From the NCBI RefSeq assembly GCF_009914755.1, contig NC_060942.1: a DNA stretch of 64,000 bases. The stretch is one strand, 5' to 3'. Of this stretch, positions 41,674-54,263 are shown piece by piece. This stretch comes from the human T2T-CHM13v2.0 reference genome, Homo sapiens. The notes below the pieces were generated by a model. It had not been told where the DNA came from and ran no database searches. It worked only from the letters and a program-made list of their open reading frames with translations. The stretch's first letter is position 1. The number at the start of each line of letters is the position of its first letter. The translations under genes and the position numbers were made by a program.

Positions 41674-42035
41674 TAGTAGCATTCTCATGCTGCTATAGAG
41701 AACTGCCTGATACTGGGTAGTTTATAAAGGAAAGAGATTTAATTGACTCACAGTTCCTCATTGCTGGGCAGGCCTCAGGAAACCTACAATCATGGCAGAA
41801 GGCACCTCTTCACAGGGTGGCAGGACGGAGTGAGAATGAGTGCCAGCAGGGGGAATGCCAGATGCTTATAAAACCACCAGATCTCATGAGAACTCATTCA
41901 CTATCAGGAGAACAGCGTGGGGAAACCACCCCCATGATTCAATTACCTCCCATTGGATCCCTCCCACAACATGTGGGGATTATTACAATTCAAGGTGAGA
42001 CTTGGGTGGCGGGGACACAGAGCCAGAGCATATCA
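41671..42035 (-). mobile_element. THE1 (MaLR) solo LTR
   Basis: tttaattgactcacagttc...aggcctcaggaaac...aaaaccaccagatctcatgagaactc...gggacacagagcc...atatca. Confidence 0.93.
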
Positions 42036-42399
42036 GTTTCTTTTTTCTGAAATGCCTCATCCACCTTCTTACTGTGGTCTGGTGCTTCCCTAACAAGTGA
42101 AAAGTCTTCACTGTGGGAGGTGATTGGTCCTGGAAAAGAGAACTTAAATGCAAACCAAGGTGGAAATACCCAGTGTGTTTCTATATTGGAGATTTCTATA
42201 TTGGGAAGGAGAGGGAACTTGGATGCCTAGAAATGGAAAAGAGAAAAGGATGTACTTAGAAAAGGCCAGAGACACCCCCAAACAATACACCTCTTATAGT
42301 CGAGCCAAGAACAGAGCCCACCCTGAATTAGTGTGACAGCCTGCAACAAATGGCTGGGAGCCACTGGATTATAGGAACGTGGCTGAGGTATGGGAGGTG

Positions 42400-42655
42400 T
42401 GAAAAGGAAACCAGAAAAGTTAAGAGCCCTGGCTCTGGAATCAGATGGGATTTCAAATCTCACTTTTGCTACTTGACAGCTGTGCATGACCATTGGGAAA
42501 GTGTTTTATAGTCATTGAGCCTGTCTGTCTCCTCCCTCACAAAATGGAGATGGTACTAATACCTCTCACTCTCTTTGCCAATGAAACAAAAAAATACACA
42601 TAAAGCATTTCTAACAATGATTGACAAACAGTTGGTGTCTGATAAATGTTATTGA
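42400..42655 (+). mobile_element. MIR SINE
   Basis: ggctctggaatcagatgggatttcaaatc...gctgtgcatgacc...aaaatggagatggtactaatacct. Confidence 0.8.
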
Positions 42656-43879
42656 CAATGATACTGTTAGTTAATGCCATTAACTTTCACCAGCCTCCCA
42701 ACTCTCCCTCATTCAGAGGGAATGATTAGGGAAGTTCATCTTCATGGGTTTGGAGTGCTGACAAATGTCCTGTGGAAAAAGACCATGGAGGAGCAAGGGA
42801 TCAGGAGAGGAAGGCAGGAGTGTGAATTCCATTAGCATTGGGGTCTGATGACCATGGGGCTTCAGAAGCACTTCTGAGAGCAGCTAAGACTCCAGATGCT
42901 TCATTTTTTACAAAGTTGCTTAATGCAGAGCACAAATACTTTATTATTTCCACTGAAAACTCCAAACTTTCTGCTCCTACCTGGTAGGTAAATATTCTCT
43001 TCCCCATTTGCAGGGTGGTAAAAACAAGGCCTGACAGACCCTTGCCAGGGCCTGAGTGTGCACAGCGGGCCCTGAGGCTGCTTTGTCCAGGGGCAGCCCC
43101 ACATCTGCTGGCTCAAGCAAGTCGATTGGCTGTCGGAGTAGCTCGTCTTTGCCTCGTTCCTGAGTCCTGAGAAAATGATCAGCCGCCCGAGAGGATGTGT
43201 TACAACTCAGTGCTTTTTAAGCTCCCCCAACACTGTTTCTGCAAAAGTTGCTCAATTTCAAAATGATCTTTTTACCAAAGCTTGATTTCTACAGGTTGAA
43301 GCCTTCCTGTGACACATGGCAAGCAGGCTGGAAGTCAAGTGGTGTTTCCCTTACAAATTACCCAGAATGCTAAGAATGATATATAATCTGTGCCTGAGCC
43401 CTCGAGCTGTCTCAGACATGGTGATGGAAACCAGGTAGCTGTCTGCTCGCAGGCAGTCACACATGGCTCTGGGTGGAGCCTAGAATCACAGGGAGATTTC
43501 TCGTAAAACCGAGAAATACGGCACTGTCCTCCAGAGAGGAAGAGCATGTGACCTGCTTTATTGCTGTGCCTTTGAGCCCATGAGTCGCCGATGAACTTCA
43601 GTGGCTCTTCCTGGCTGACCTGTTGCATGTGGTGTTCATCTCCAAACAGCTTCATAGTTAACACAGGAAATTCATGGTGTTGATCTGTTTGAGAAGCAAT
43701 TTAAGGCTTAAGGTGCCTGTGCTTTCTTCTTCCCATCATCATTTCTTCTGTGGCTAATATACTATCTGCATACTCCCTTTCCTCATGGCACCTGCTGCTT
43801 TAGCCAACATTAATTCCTATAAATTACTAGAAAAGAGAAGCCTTCCGAGACAGAACCACTTAGGTCCAACCTAATGCTC

Positions 43880-43975
43880 CAAGAGGGCAGGGTTTTAGTC
43901 TAACTTGGTCACCACTGTCTCTTCAGTGCCTAGCATAGCACCTAAATCAGAGTAAGTGCTGAAAGCAAATTTATA
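43880..43975 (+). mobile_element. L2 3' end fragment
   Basis: ctccaagagggcaggg...gtcaccactgtctcttcagtgcctagcatagcacct...agtaagtgct. Confidence 0.75.
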
Positions 43976-44458
43976 ATAAACTAGGGACTCTTGGGACTCA
44001 CTTTCTGAAGGTAGAAGCTACCAAAAATTACCAGGACCAAATTATTGCCTTTTATAAACCAATGCCAGATCTACAGTTTTAGTAGTTAGGCTTCACTTTA
44101 GTTAACTACTAGATTTAAAATCGCAGCAAAATGATAGGTAATATTTTACTGCATGAATACTGTGCTATCTCTTAAAGGTTTGTCATTAGGACCTCTTAAA
44201 CACTCTTGGAAGGGAGCTACTTTAGAACTAGTAGGTCTCTCCTGTCTTCTTCTGATTATTACAGAAAAACTCTTCTCTCTGTATCACGAGTCCCCACACC
44301 ACCCCCCCCACCCCCCGGCCCCATTGCTTCACTTGACAACCAGAGAACTCTCCATTCCTGCTAACCAGAAGGCAATTCTTGAAAGGCGCCTTGGGTTATA
44401 CTCATGTATAAAGAAAGTCTGAAATTAGGAAGTAAAAGAACATGTTAAGGTTGCCCAG

Positions 44459-44880
44459 TGTCAGGTTGGGTTCCTCCAAAACAGACCCTGAGATGAAGAT
44501 ATGTATAAAATGAATGTATAAGATGCTCCCGGGGATTCTGGTAAGAAAATGAGGGAAACAGAGTAGGGAAAGGGAGGAAAGCAAGCAAGCAAGCATGTGG
44601 CTCAGCCAAAGCCCCACAGAGGATCTCACCCTGATCTCTAAGGAAGTTCTGGAGCCTGAGTTACACCTCAGCATTGTCTGCTCTAAGGGACTTCCATCTC
44701 CATCTGTCATTGGTTAAAAGATGCATCAGGGAGAATAGGAATCTCCAGGTGTTTCAATTTCTCATGAATGTGGGCAAAGCAGGCTCTGGTAGCCTAAGTG
44801 TGGACCCCCAGAGGACAAGGACAGGTGTGCTGTGTGAGTGGGGAGGGTGGGTGTGATATCCATAGAAGGGGACCCCAGGG
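44459..44880 (-). mobile_element. LTR16-like (ERVL) LTR
   Basis: tgtcaggttgggttcctccaaaacagaccctgagatgaagat...gggaaagggaggaaagc...ctgtcattggtt. Confidence 0.6.
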
Positions 44881-45689
44881 GACCTGTGTGGCGCAACTAC
44901 ACCCACTGCCTGGGCTTCTGGCTGGTGAGCACGACTCTCCTATCATCATGCAATGCAGCTCCCAATCAGTAACCAAGTCTTTTCCGGAAAGTCTGACGCT
45001 ATGGTCTCATTTTCCAAAGGCTGAGCTATCAAAATGCTTTCAGGAGCCGACCAGGAGTCATGGAAGTGGAATATTTTGAGGGGCCCCTGCTAATTCCTAA
45101 TTCCTTGCCTGAAACTCCACTGTTAGATATTTCTTTGGCCTAGGGTAACCTGTGTCAAAATATGTTGTCTGGAAGGGGCATTCCACTAATGCAATCACAG
45201 CCATGACTCCTTTCATGAGGTTCATTGTTCCAATTCTCCAGTCAGCTCCCCCTAAGGAGAATAAGCCTTGATGTGGTCAGGTGTGATGAAGTGAAAGCGT
45301 AATGGGAGAAGTGAGGGTGGGGAAGGTCCCCAGGGTTGAGGTGCTGTCTGGAAGGGAGCCACAGAAGAAGGAGCAAGACACAGGCACCTAATGGGGCAGG
45401 GGCAGTGAATGTGAAAGGAAAGGATTTGGGGCAGGAGTGAGTGGAGCACAAAATGATAGGGTGCCAGAGAGGGACAGCACTGTCACAAGAGCAGCTTATC
45501 CCACATTTCTGTTGGGGGACAATCTGTTGGGGTAAAGCTTATCTCACATTTCTGACTTCCCATCCATTGGAAGAAATGTACAGTCCTTAAACAGAAATCT
45601 GGCAAAATAGGTTCTGCCTTCCAGGGATTCTCCCTAAGGCATCCAGATGCAGTTACATTCTCCTTTTGTATAATATGTGTTCTCCTCTT

Positions 45690-46145
45690 CCTCCTTAGTA
45701 GGAGAGCCCTGATTCTGTTGAGTGTGCCAATGTTACCAAAAAAGTATTTTCTCCTCCCTAGGCTTCCTTGTAGCCAGGGGTAGATTTGCTTTGGTTCTGG
45801 CTATTGAGATGTAAATGGTCATCCAGATAGGGCTTGGGGTAAAGCTTGCTAAAGGAGGACAACTCAACTGACAAGTCCCTTTTCAGCTTTTGCCTTTGGT
45901 TCTTCCCCTTTTTCCTGCCTAGGACTAGATGTGATGACTGGAGGGGGAGCAGCCATCTTGTGTCCATGAAGACAGGAACACAGATTAAGGAGGATGGAGC
46001 AGAAAGGCGAAGGGAACTAGGACCCCTTATGGTCTGATGGCACTGCAGTGCTAACTCTGGACTGTCTACATCTGGAACATGTGTCAGTGAGAACAATACT
46101 ACATTTTGGTTAGACTATTTTTCCTGAGTTCCTGTTACATATGTA
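45690..46145 (+). mobile_element. Old MLT1 (K/L-like) LTR
   Basis: ttctggctattgagatgtaa...gcagccatcttg...aggatggagcagaaagg...ctggactgtctacatctggaac. Confidence 0.7.
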
Positions 46146-46402
46146 ATCTGTCTACCAAAGGCTAAAGATGGAAGAAGGGGCTAGGTATTCACGTTTCAGT
46201 TCTTTTTGGCTCTCCTCTTTTTTTCAAAGTGGCCTGTCCTCAGGATATAGAGATTCTTTGTTTCTCCTTGCACCATGCTCACTATGTGGGTTCTACCCGT
46301 TGGTGGTGACAGGGAATAGTCTGCAGCTAGGTGGGTAAGCTCAGTTCAGAGAGGAAACTGTGAGGAAGCCCAATTGTGGCCACACATCTAAGCACTCTGT
46401 AA

Positions 46403-46777
<375 letters not shown>

Positions 46778-46902
46778 TAATAGGTCTAGAATTTGGAGAA
46801 GAATCTTATGCGAAGGTGCTTTGGGCCCCTCACACTCCAGAACCGTTTTGCCAACCGACAAAGCTGCCTTAATGGCTTTACAAACCCATTTCTTAGTAGT
46901 CT

Positions 46903-46957
46903 ATAGGTTGGTGCAAAAGTAATGGTGGTTTCTGCCATTACTTTTGCACCAACCTAA
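46903..46957. mobile_element. Internally deleted MADE1 (Hsmar1 MITE)
   Basis: taggttggtgcaaaagtaatgg-tggtttctg-ccattacttttgcaccaaccta: Hsmar1 TIRs forming a perfect 22-bp stem. Confidence 0.93.
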
Positions 46958-47211
46958 TAGATCCCATGTATGCCACTGAGAGAGAAGTAGAGACTGAATA
47001 TGATCTTTCTTATTGCTGTATGCACACCACTGCCACCCACACAAATGCTCAGAGCACATGCAATGCTCTTACACAAATATTCTCTCCTACAACAGCTTGA
47101 GAGGTGAGAGGCTGTCTCCTGAGAGATGTATGCTTTACAAGCCTGCATGTGGAATCCAGTCCATTTACTAATAGGTACCCACTGAGCATTTCCTTATTAA
47201 GTAAGTTCCTC

Positions 47212-47595
47212 TACTAGATATAAGCTCCATGAGGGCAAACTTGGTCTAGCTGTTTACCATTGTGTGCCCAGAGCCTGGAAGGGAGGCTAAATAAGAAGTG
47301 CTCAATAGATAATATATATATAATTTTACATATATAATATATAATCTATGTAATATATATTTATATATATGATTATATATAATTACATATAATTAGTTTT
47401 ACAAAGGCAGTTTAGTTTTGGGACTATATATTATATATGTAATATAATATAGATAATAGATAATTATATATGTAATATAATATAATATAGATATACACTT
47501 ATGTGTATATATAATATATATAATATAAATATATATAATATAGATAATATACACTTACGTATATATTTCTTAAATGAATGAACAAATTAATGAAG
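47212..47595 (+). mobile_element. L2 3' end split by an expanded AT repeat
   Basis: actagatataagctccatgagggca...gtgctcaata [AT repeat] tatttcttaaatgaatgaac. Confidence 0.75.
47311..47566. repeat. Degenerate (TA)n/(TAA) microsatellite carrying a 36-bp foreign insert
   Basis: Directly visible; insert at 47393-47428. Confidence 0.9.
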
Positions 47596-48307
47596 TCATC
47601 TCCAAGTAAGCTAAATTATTTAGTTAGTTTCCATCTATCTAAGTGAAAACTGATTTTGGATGATTTCCTCTACTTTTTAGTCAACTCAGCACTGTTCTTT
47701 AATGATTCAATCTCTTGAAAGTACCTTCTAATGGGCTTGGTTATTTTATTTATTCTGTTTTGCTCAATCGCAGATAAATTTGCATTCGATTGGTCCTAAA
47801 TGGTTGGCAAAGACCGATCCTTGGCTAAGACTCATCTAACCATAACAAGACAAGCTGCATTTGGGCACTTTTCCACAGAAGCAAAAAAATATTTCCCACA
47901 AATATTCAATTCTTCATTTATGGGTGAACTGTTCTGCATGAATATTATCTATATGTTTTGAATTCCTTCTTCTTCCAGCTTTCCAGCATTTGCGATTTTC
48001 TTCTAATAAATGATTGGAAGGGTACACGAAAGGAGGTGCATCTCAAACCAGTTTATGTTGCCAAGTAAAAGTAGTTCAGTTACCTGCAACTCCTGCATAT
48101 TGAACTCTGAATTCTGCTTTCTCCTTCTTGCATGCATGCCCATGAGGTTCTCTCTGAAATCCAGTCCTCTCACTCATTTTTATATGCAAACTCTGTCTTT
48201 CAGGGCCCAGTCCATGGGGTGTTTTCTTCATGAAAACTCTCTGTAGACGGACTTAAATGCTTTCACCTCTCTGCACCCAAAAGCACCAGATTTGAAGGTT
48301 TCTTAGA

Positions 48308-49003
48308 ATGGATTCTTCCTGCCTTTTGCACAGACAAAATCAATTCCCTGAGACCACAGTATTGCAGTAAGGAAAGAGTTTAATTAACACAAGGCTGGCC
48401 ACACAGAAGATGGAGTTATTACTCAAATCGTCTCCCGGAAGGCTCAGAGGTTAGGGTTTTTCAAGGATAGTTTGGTAGGCAGAGGTTTAGGAAATGGGTG
48501 CTGCTGCTTGGTTGGGGATGAAATCACAGGGGTGTGGCCTATGATTTCACGGTCCTCGGGCACTGTGTCTGCCTCTGGGTGGGGCCAAAGGACCAGTTGA
48601 GTGACAAGTCACAGGTCTGGGTGGAGTCAGCTTGTGGTTAGCAATGCAGAAGTCTGAAAAGACATCTTTAAAGGCCAATCTTAGGTTCCACAATAGTAAT
48701 GATAACATCACTACAGGAGTAACTGGGGAAGTCACAAATCTTGTGACCTCCAAAACAATGGCTGGTTATCATTTAACTATGCCTACATTTTAGCAGAATT
48801 TGGGCCCCTCTCACAATCCTAACTTTGTGGCCTTTTGTTAGTTTTACAAATGCAGTTTAGTTTTGGGACTATAAACTAAATTCCTCTCAAAGTTCACTTG
48901 GCCTACACCCAGGAATTACCAAAGACAGCTGGGAGGCTAGAAGCAAGATGGAGTCAACAGTGTCAGGTTCCTCTTACCATCATAATTTTGCAATGGAGGT
49001 TTC
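48308..49003 (-). mobile_element. LTR8A-like (ERV1/MER4 group) solo LTR
   Basis: gcacagacaaaatcaattc...attactcaaatc...actataaactaaattcc...gaagcaagatggagtc...ttttgcaatggaggtttca. Confidence 0.85.
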
Positions 49004-49039
49004 ATTAGCACTTATCATATTTTGATGGAAATTCATCAG

Positions 49040-49468
49040 AGCGATTAAGCACATAGGCTTTGATCCAGACTCACTGAGTTCAAATCCTGGCTCTATGCCT
49101 TACTGGCTGTGTGATCTGGGGCAAATGACTTTATCTCTCTCTGCTTCAGTTTCTCATCTTTTACAAAAGAAAGGATAATGGTAGCATTGGGCCCAGCATG
49201 GTGGCTCAGGCCTGTAATCCCAGCACTTTGGGAGGCCAAGGTGAGAGGACTGCTTGAAGCCAGGAGTTCAAGACCATCCTGGACAAAATAGTGAGGCTTC
49301 ATCTCTACAAAAATTAAAATAATTATCTGGGCATGGTAATGTGTGTCTGTGGTCCCTATTCAAGAGGCTGAGGTAGGAAAAGCACTTGAGCCCACGATGT
49401 CGAGGCTGCAGTGAGCCATGATTGGGCCATTGCACTCTGGCCTGGGTTGCAGGGTGAGACCCTGTCTC

Positions 49469-49499
<31 letters not shown>

Positions 49500-49625
49500 T
49501 AGTACCACCTACCCCATACTTTGTTCTGATGATTCAATGAGTTAAAACGTTTTTTAAAAAATCAAAACCAAACCACTTAGAAGAATGTCCAGCAGGTAAC
49601 CAGTGATCAATAAATGTTAGCTTTT
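49040..49625 (+). mobile_element. MIR interrupted by AluJ
   Basis: gagttcaaatcctggctct...ctctgcttcagtttctcatct [Alu] accacctacc...gattcaatgagtta...tcaataaatgttagc. Confidence 0.82.
49190..49497 (+). mobile_element. Full-length AluJ
   Basis: gtggctcaggcctgtaatcccagcactttggg...gtcgaggctgcagtgagccatgatt followed by long poly(A). Confidence 0.95.
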
Positions 49626-50189
49626 AAAAACATTATTATTGCTCTTTTACATGTTTGCCTCTTCAACTAGATGGTGATCTCCCAACAGGCCTTGATCTGT
49701 GAATTTGGCATCTTTCTACTTCTAAGTCCTAGAGCAGTACCTGGATCACAATTGAAGATCTATAAATGCCAAAGCAATGAATAAAAGCTAGCCATTGTAT
49801 ATGGAGATATAAGTAAGGTTTGGACATTGTCTGCAAGTGAGTTGCATATCTTAGAAAACTCTTGTAAGGGGCTGTATTTCATGTAACTGCATTTATGGCC
49901 ATGGTAAAATGGCCAGCTCCAGGTCAGTTTTTCTGGGAAAGGCCCTAAGTTCTGAAGCTGGACTAGTGTCTCATCCAAGGAACATGCTCATTGGTAGGTG
50001 CTGAACCTCAAAGCCACTCCAAGATAACAAGGACAATTTTGGCAGGTGGTCCACTGGGGTCGATCAGGTGCTCATTGTATTTACCAAGGCATTTATTATG
50101 TGCACATAATTTAGGCTGGTGTTCAGAGGGGTTGGGATGGAGACTTGCCTCTGGTTGCTAGTAAACTATATTTTATAGGTTATTCCCAG

Positions 50190-50975
50190 CATTCCTGTGG
50201 CAGAGCTCCATTCTCCCCTTCTTCATTGCCCATAGAACTGTAATTTTCCTTCTTAGGTCAGTGATATGTTTGGCCCAAGACATTGGATCATGTTTGGCTT
50301 AGGCCAAACATGGAAATTGATTTTTCCCTTGTGATATAATCACTTTTCCAGATTCCCCTGTGACTAATGGCCTTATGATACTTTTTAATGAAGTTTAAGA
50401 GAAAGTCTCCTGGGGGAGACTTCTAGAAAAACTTTTGCTTTCTTGTTAAAAGGATAGGCACAAGAGAAGAATTATCTGGCACCACCTCTTTCTCTTTCTT
50501 AAACACAAAATGTGATCTCTGGAGCTATGGCATCCATATTGCAACCATGAGGCTACAAGCATGAGGATGAAAAACGAACACAAAAAGGATGAGTAAGTGC
50601 AGTGATAGAAAGAGCCTGGATCCTTGATGGCATTGTGGAGTTGCAAAACCAAGAGGCAGGACTGAGAGTGCTTGCCTTTGGACTTCTTGTTATAGTTTAA
50701 GCTATGGGTTAGTAAGCATTTTCTTAATAGGCCAGATAGTAAATATCTTAGGTCTTTTCACCACAGGGTCCTCATAGTCATTGCTCAAGTCTGCCATTTT
50801 ATGCAAACTCAACCATAGACAGTATATAAATATATGGGTGTGGCTCTTTCTATTTCAATAAATCTTAGTTTACAAAAACAGGTATTGGCCATGGACCTTA
50901 GTTTTCCAATCCCTGGCTCAAGCCAGATTTGGAAGGGTATTCTTTTATTTGCAGTTCAATGAATTCTAATCATAT
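50190..50975 (+). mobile_element. Old MLT1 (K-like) LTR interrupted by MER58
   Basis: tgtgatctctggagctatggcatccatattgcaaccatgagg...agagcctggatccttgatggcattgtggag...ggacttcttgtta. Confidence 0.7.
50703..50915. mobile_element. MER58A-like hAT MITE
   Basis: ggccagatagtaaatatcttagg...ccatagacagtatataaat...tttacaaaaacagg...tttccaatccctg. 8-bp TSD-like gtttaagc / gctcaagc. Confidence 0.85.
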
Positions 50976-51224
50976 ATTCCTTCTCCCTAAATTCTACTCA
51001 CTAGCTTCATTAACATCTAAAATTACGCAGTTAGCACCCTACTTCTTGTTTAAGTGAAAGCTCACTGCCCCTGTTGTGGTATAAATGGTACTAAAGGGAA
51101 TGAAACACCAATCTTTATCAGTTATTTATACCTTAGTATAAATTATTTTAATAAGCCCTTTGTTAAGCAAAGAATGTTGTAGGCTAGATCAGTTTTAAGA
51201 AGTATTTACTCCCGCTTCTCACCT

Positions 51225-51635
51225 CCATAGAAGATGGGCTTGGCCATGTGACTTGATTTGGCCACAGATATGGGTAGAGGGGATAGTGCATCTGTTCTGA
51301 CCCTTAAGAGCACTGCCTCCTTTTTCTCATCTGTCTTGTGACTTAGTGCCTCTCTATTAGTATAAATACCCCATTGGCCCCAGAATAGGGCAGACCTGAA
51401 ACCTACCCAAGACAAGCTGAGATTAGCAAAATCTAGTCAATCTGCTGATCCACAGCAGGGCCTACAGCTCAGTGAGCTCGGTGAGCTTAGGTGCTCACTT
51501 CAGTAGCGCCTAAAACCTACACCCTCTGCCTAGAGTGGAGCAATCCAAGATAGCTGTAGATAAGTGAATAAGAAATAAATGCTTACCATTGCTGCCACTA
51601 AGATTTTGTGGTGTTTTTCATGTAGCATTGTTGGA
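51225..51635 (+). mobile_element. MLT1H-like LTR
   Basis: gggcttggccatgtgacttgatttggcca...agacctgaaacctac...aagaaataaatgctta...ccactaagattttg...tgtagcattg. Confidence 0.7.
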
Positions 51636-51679
51636 TATGGGTAATTAAGGGAGAGTAGGAGACGCTGAAACGTAGGCTA

Positions 51680-51857
51680 ACTCTACCTCCTTTATATTTT
51701 TGTGAGTGTTGCCCCAAGCTAAGCTTAGAAGGCTCTATGTCTCATGGCCTATAGGAAAAAGTTGCAGCCTGCCTCTATTTGCAATTGTAACACATAGAAA
51801 GAGAAATCTTGCAGAATTCCTCATGCATATTTCCCACAGGGGGAAGGAGGAAATTTG
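51680..51857 (+). repeat. 178-bp dispersed direct duplication, copy 1
   Basis: Matches 53778-53955 with 4 substitutions and no indels. Confidence 0.97.
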
Positions 51858-52009
51858 GGAGAATCCCTTCTCAATAATAACCAAGTACTTAAGAGACGAC
51901 TTAACCAAGTACTACCTATGTAAGTTGGAAATGAAACCTTTTGGTTGGACTCAGGAAGGGAAATAGATTGCTTCAAGCATTGTGAGTAAAGCCCCAGTTC
52001 TCCAAAGGC

Positions 52010-52222
52010 AACGTGGTGGAGTAGAAGGTGTAAATCGGAAGGACTGGAGTCAATATGATTTGGTTGGAAACCTGCTTCCATCAGGGAAAATTATGTAACT
52101 TTATTGAAACAATTTCCGCATAAGCAAATTCAGGGTAGCAGTATCAATCTTGCACAGTTATTTAGAAGAGTAAATGAGATGATCATGTAGATTCTATGGT
52201 TCATGGTAGATGGTCAATAATA
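52010..52222 (+). mobile_element. MIR fragment
   Basis: gtggtggagtagaagg...ggactggagtca...gagtaaatgagatgatcatgta...tggtcaataa. Confidence 0.6.
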
Positions 52223-53297
52223 AAAAAACAGTGATTTGTGGTATTTTTCACCAAATTTCTCATTTTCCCTTTTTACATGAAAAGATACTATAATTGATCT
52301 AATGACATAGAAACATGTACATATCATAATTTAATTATTTATATTTAAAATCGAATGGTAATCATAGCAGGAGGTATCTGGTTTTCCCAGCAGTGAATAA
52401 CACTGCTCCAGTCCAGACGAGTTTAACTGGAAGGTGGAGATGCTGTTCCTCCCTTTCTCACTTTGATTGTTACGGAGGAGAGGGAAGGCAGGGAGGCTAA
52501 GTTAGAGTATGGAGCAAGTCCTAGGCTTCCCAAGCATATGGAGACTTCTGCCAAGACAAGGCACAGTATTATTAAGATTAACGGTTTTCAGATGGAGTCA
52601 GGCTTTTCCACTGACTCAAGTCAGAATGACTGGTAATGATGTTCATAAGATGCCATTTCCTGCCAAACAGTAAGATGTGGAATTTGTTAAATTAAGCCAT
52701 GTGATGGGTCAGAAATGTATTAACTTAATCCATAATGAATGTCACTCCATTCCTTTTAACATACTTCCCCAATTAAGCTATGTAGGCCTCAGATATCTAA
52801 AGAAATTGAGCTGTCCTGCTTGTTGCCAATTGGTTAATTCCTTGATGATGGATAAAAGCTACCAGCAGCTTTTGTTTTTAATTCATGTTTTTCTTCAGTA
52901 ATAGCAATCTTTTAATCAGCTGCTACAAAAAAATCCTTAATATTCCATAAATAAATGCTCAAGAAAGTCAAACAATTAGTAAGATTAATGTAAAGAGGCT
53001 GCCTGAGCACCTCTGATGGGCCCCAATAATGGGCTGCCATTACAGTCAACGGGCCACATGAAGGACCTGGTGGCCATTTTTATTTTATTAGCCCCATGCT
53101 GGACACACAGTAGATGTTCAGTGTTTATCAGGCTGAAGTGAACTAAACCCTGGAGGACTCTTAAGGTTTCTGACAAGGGTCTTTCCATAAGACAAGCATT
53201 TCTGGATTTCTGGCACTCCTTCCCATTCCCATGGGAAATGTGCTAGAAATTCTTAATAAGAGCAATATGCCTCTGCTGCACCCATAGGAGTTGGGGG

Positions 53298-53661
53298 TGA
53301 TTTGGTTTGGCTGTGTCCCTACCCAAATCTCATCTTGAACTGTAGCTCCCATAATCCCCATGTGTTGTGGGAGGGACCCCATGGGAGGTAATTGAACCAT
53401 GGGGGCGGGTTTTTCCCACGCTGTTCTCATGATAGTGAATAAGTCTCACAAGATGTGATGGTTTTATAAAGCACAGTTCTTCTGCACATGCTGTCTTGCC
53501 TGCTGCCATGTAAGACATGCCCTTGCTCCTCCTTCACCTTCTGACACAATTGTGAGGCCTCCCCAGCCACATGGAACTGTGAGTCCATTAAACCTATTTT
53601 TCTTTAAAAATTACCCAGTCTTGGGCATTTCTTCATAGCAGTAAGAAAATGGACTAATATA
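53298..53661 (+). mobile_element. THE1B/C-like solo LTR
   Basis: tgatttggtttggctgtgtccc...tgtgaggcctccccagcc...ttacccagtc...ggactaata. TSD-like ggggg / gcggg. Confidence 0.95.
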
Positions 53662-53777
53662 GCGGGCAGTCTTTACATAGGGAGGCCACTGCTTCATGTC
53701 CACAAGGGACTTAGGCAGCTTAGGCTATACCTGCTTCAGCCACCAAGGCAGGCATGAAGCACAACAGACATCCAGAG

Positions 53778-53955
53778 ACTTTACCTCCTTTATATTTTTG
53801 TGAGTGTTGCCCCAAGCTAAGCTTAGAAAGCTCTATGTCTCATGGCCTATAGGAAAAAGTTGCAGCCTCCCTCTATTTGCAATTGTAACACATAGAAAGA
53901 GAAATCTTGCAGAATTCCTCATGCATATTTCCCACAGAGGGAAGGAGGAAATTTG
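53778..53955 (+). repeat. 178-bp dispersed direct duplication, copy 2
   Basis: Matches 51680-51857 at an offset of 2098 bp. Confidence 0.97.
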
Positions 53956-54263
53956 TGGCTTATTTTGTGGGCAGTGTGTTATTTGCCCACAAAAGCATGG
54001 TGCAATCTTGCACTGTGTGACCTATCAACAGATAATAAGGTGAAATATTTCAGCTTATGAACCTCACCTTCAATGGTGGAACATACCAATTTGAAGGAAA
54101 CTTTTAGATAAATAGTTGTCAATGGTAAAATTACTAAAGAATCTAATATTTCTGTTGTTTTGTTATCTTTGGGGCTCACCTGATATTAGAAGACACAACC
54201 TTCTAATGCCAAAGCCTCTTCTATATGTGAAGAAGCCAGATGGGGAACTGGGGCAGTTTAGAT

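Noticed and set aside
43100-43600. Locally increased CpG frequency
   Set aside because: By eye, GC content and CpG density fall short of a CpG island, and no specific motif or exon was identified.
51706-54043. Two ORFs with identical N-terminal ~50 aa (apparent paralogues)
   Set aside because: Consequence of the 178-bp DNA duplication; GTG starts and no coding signature.
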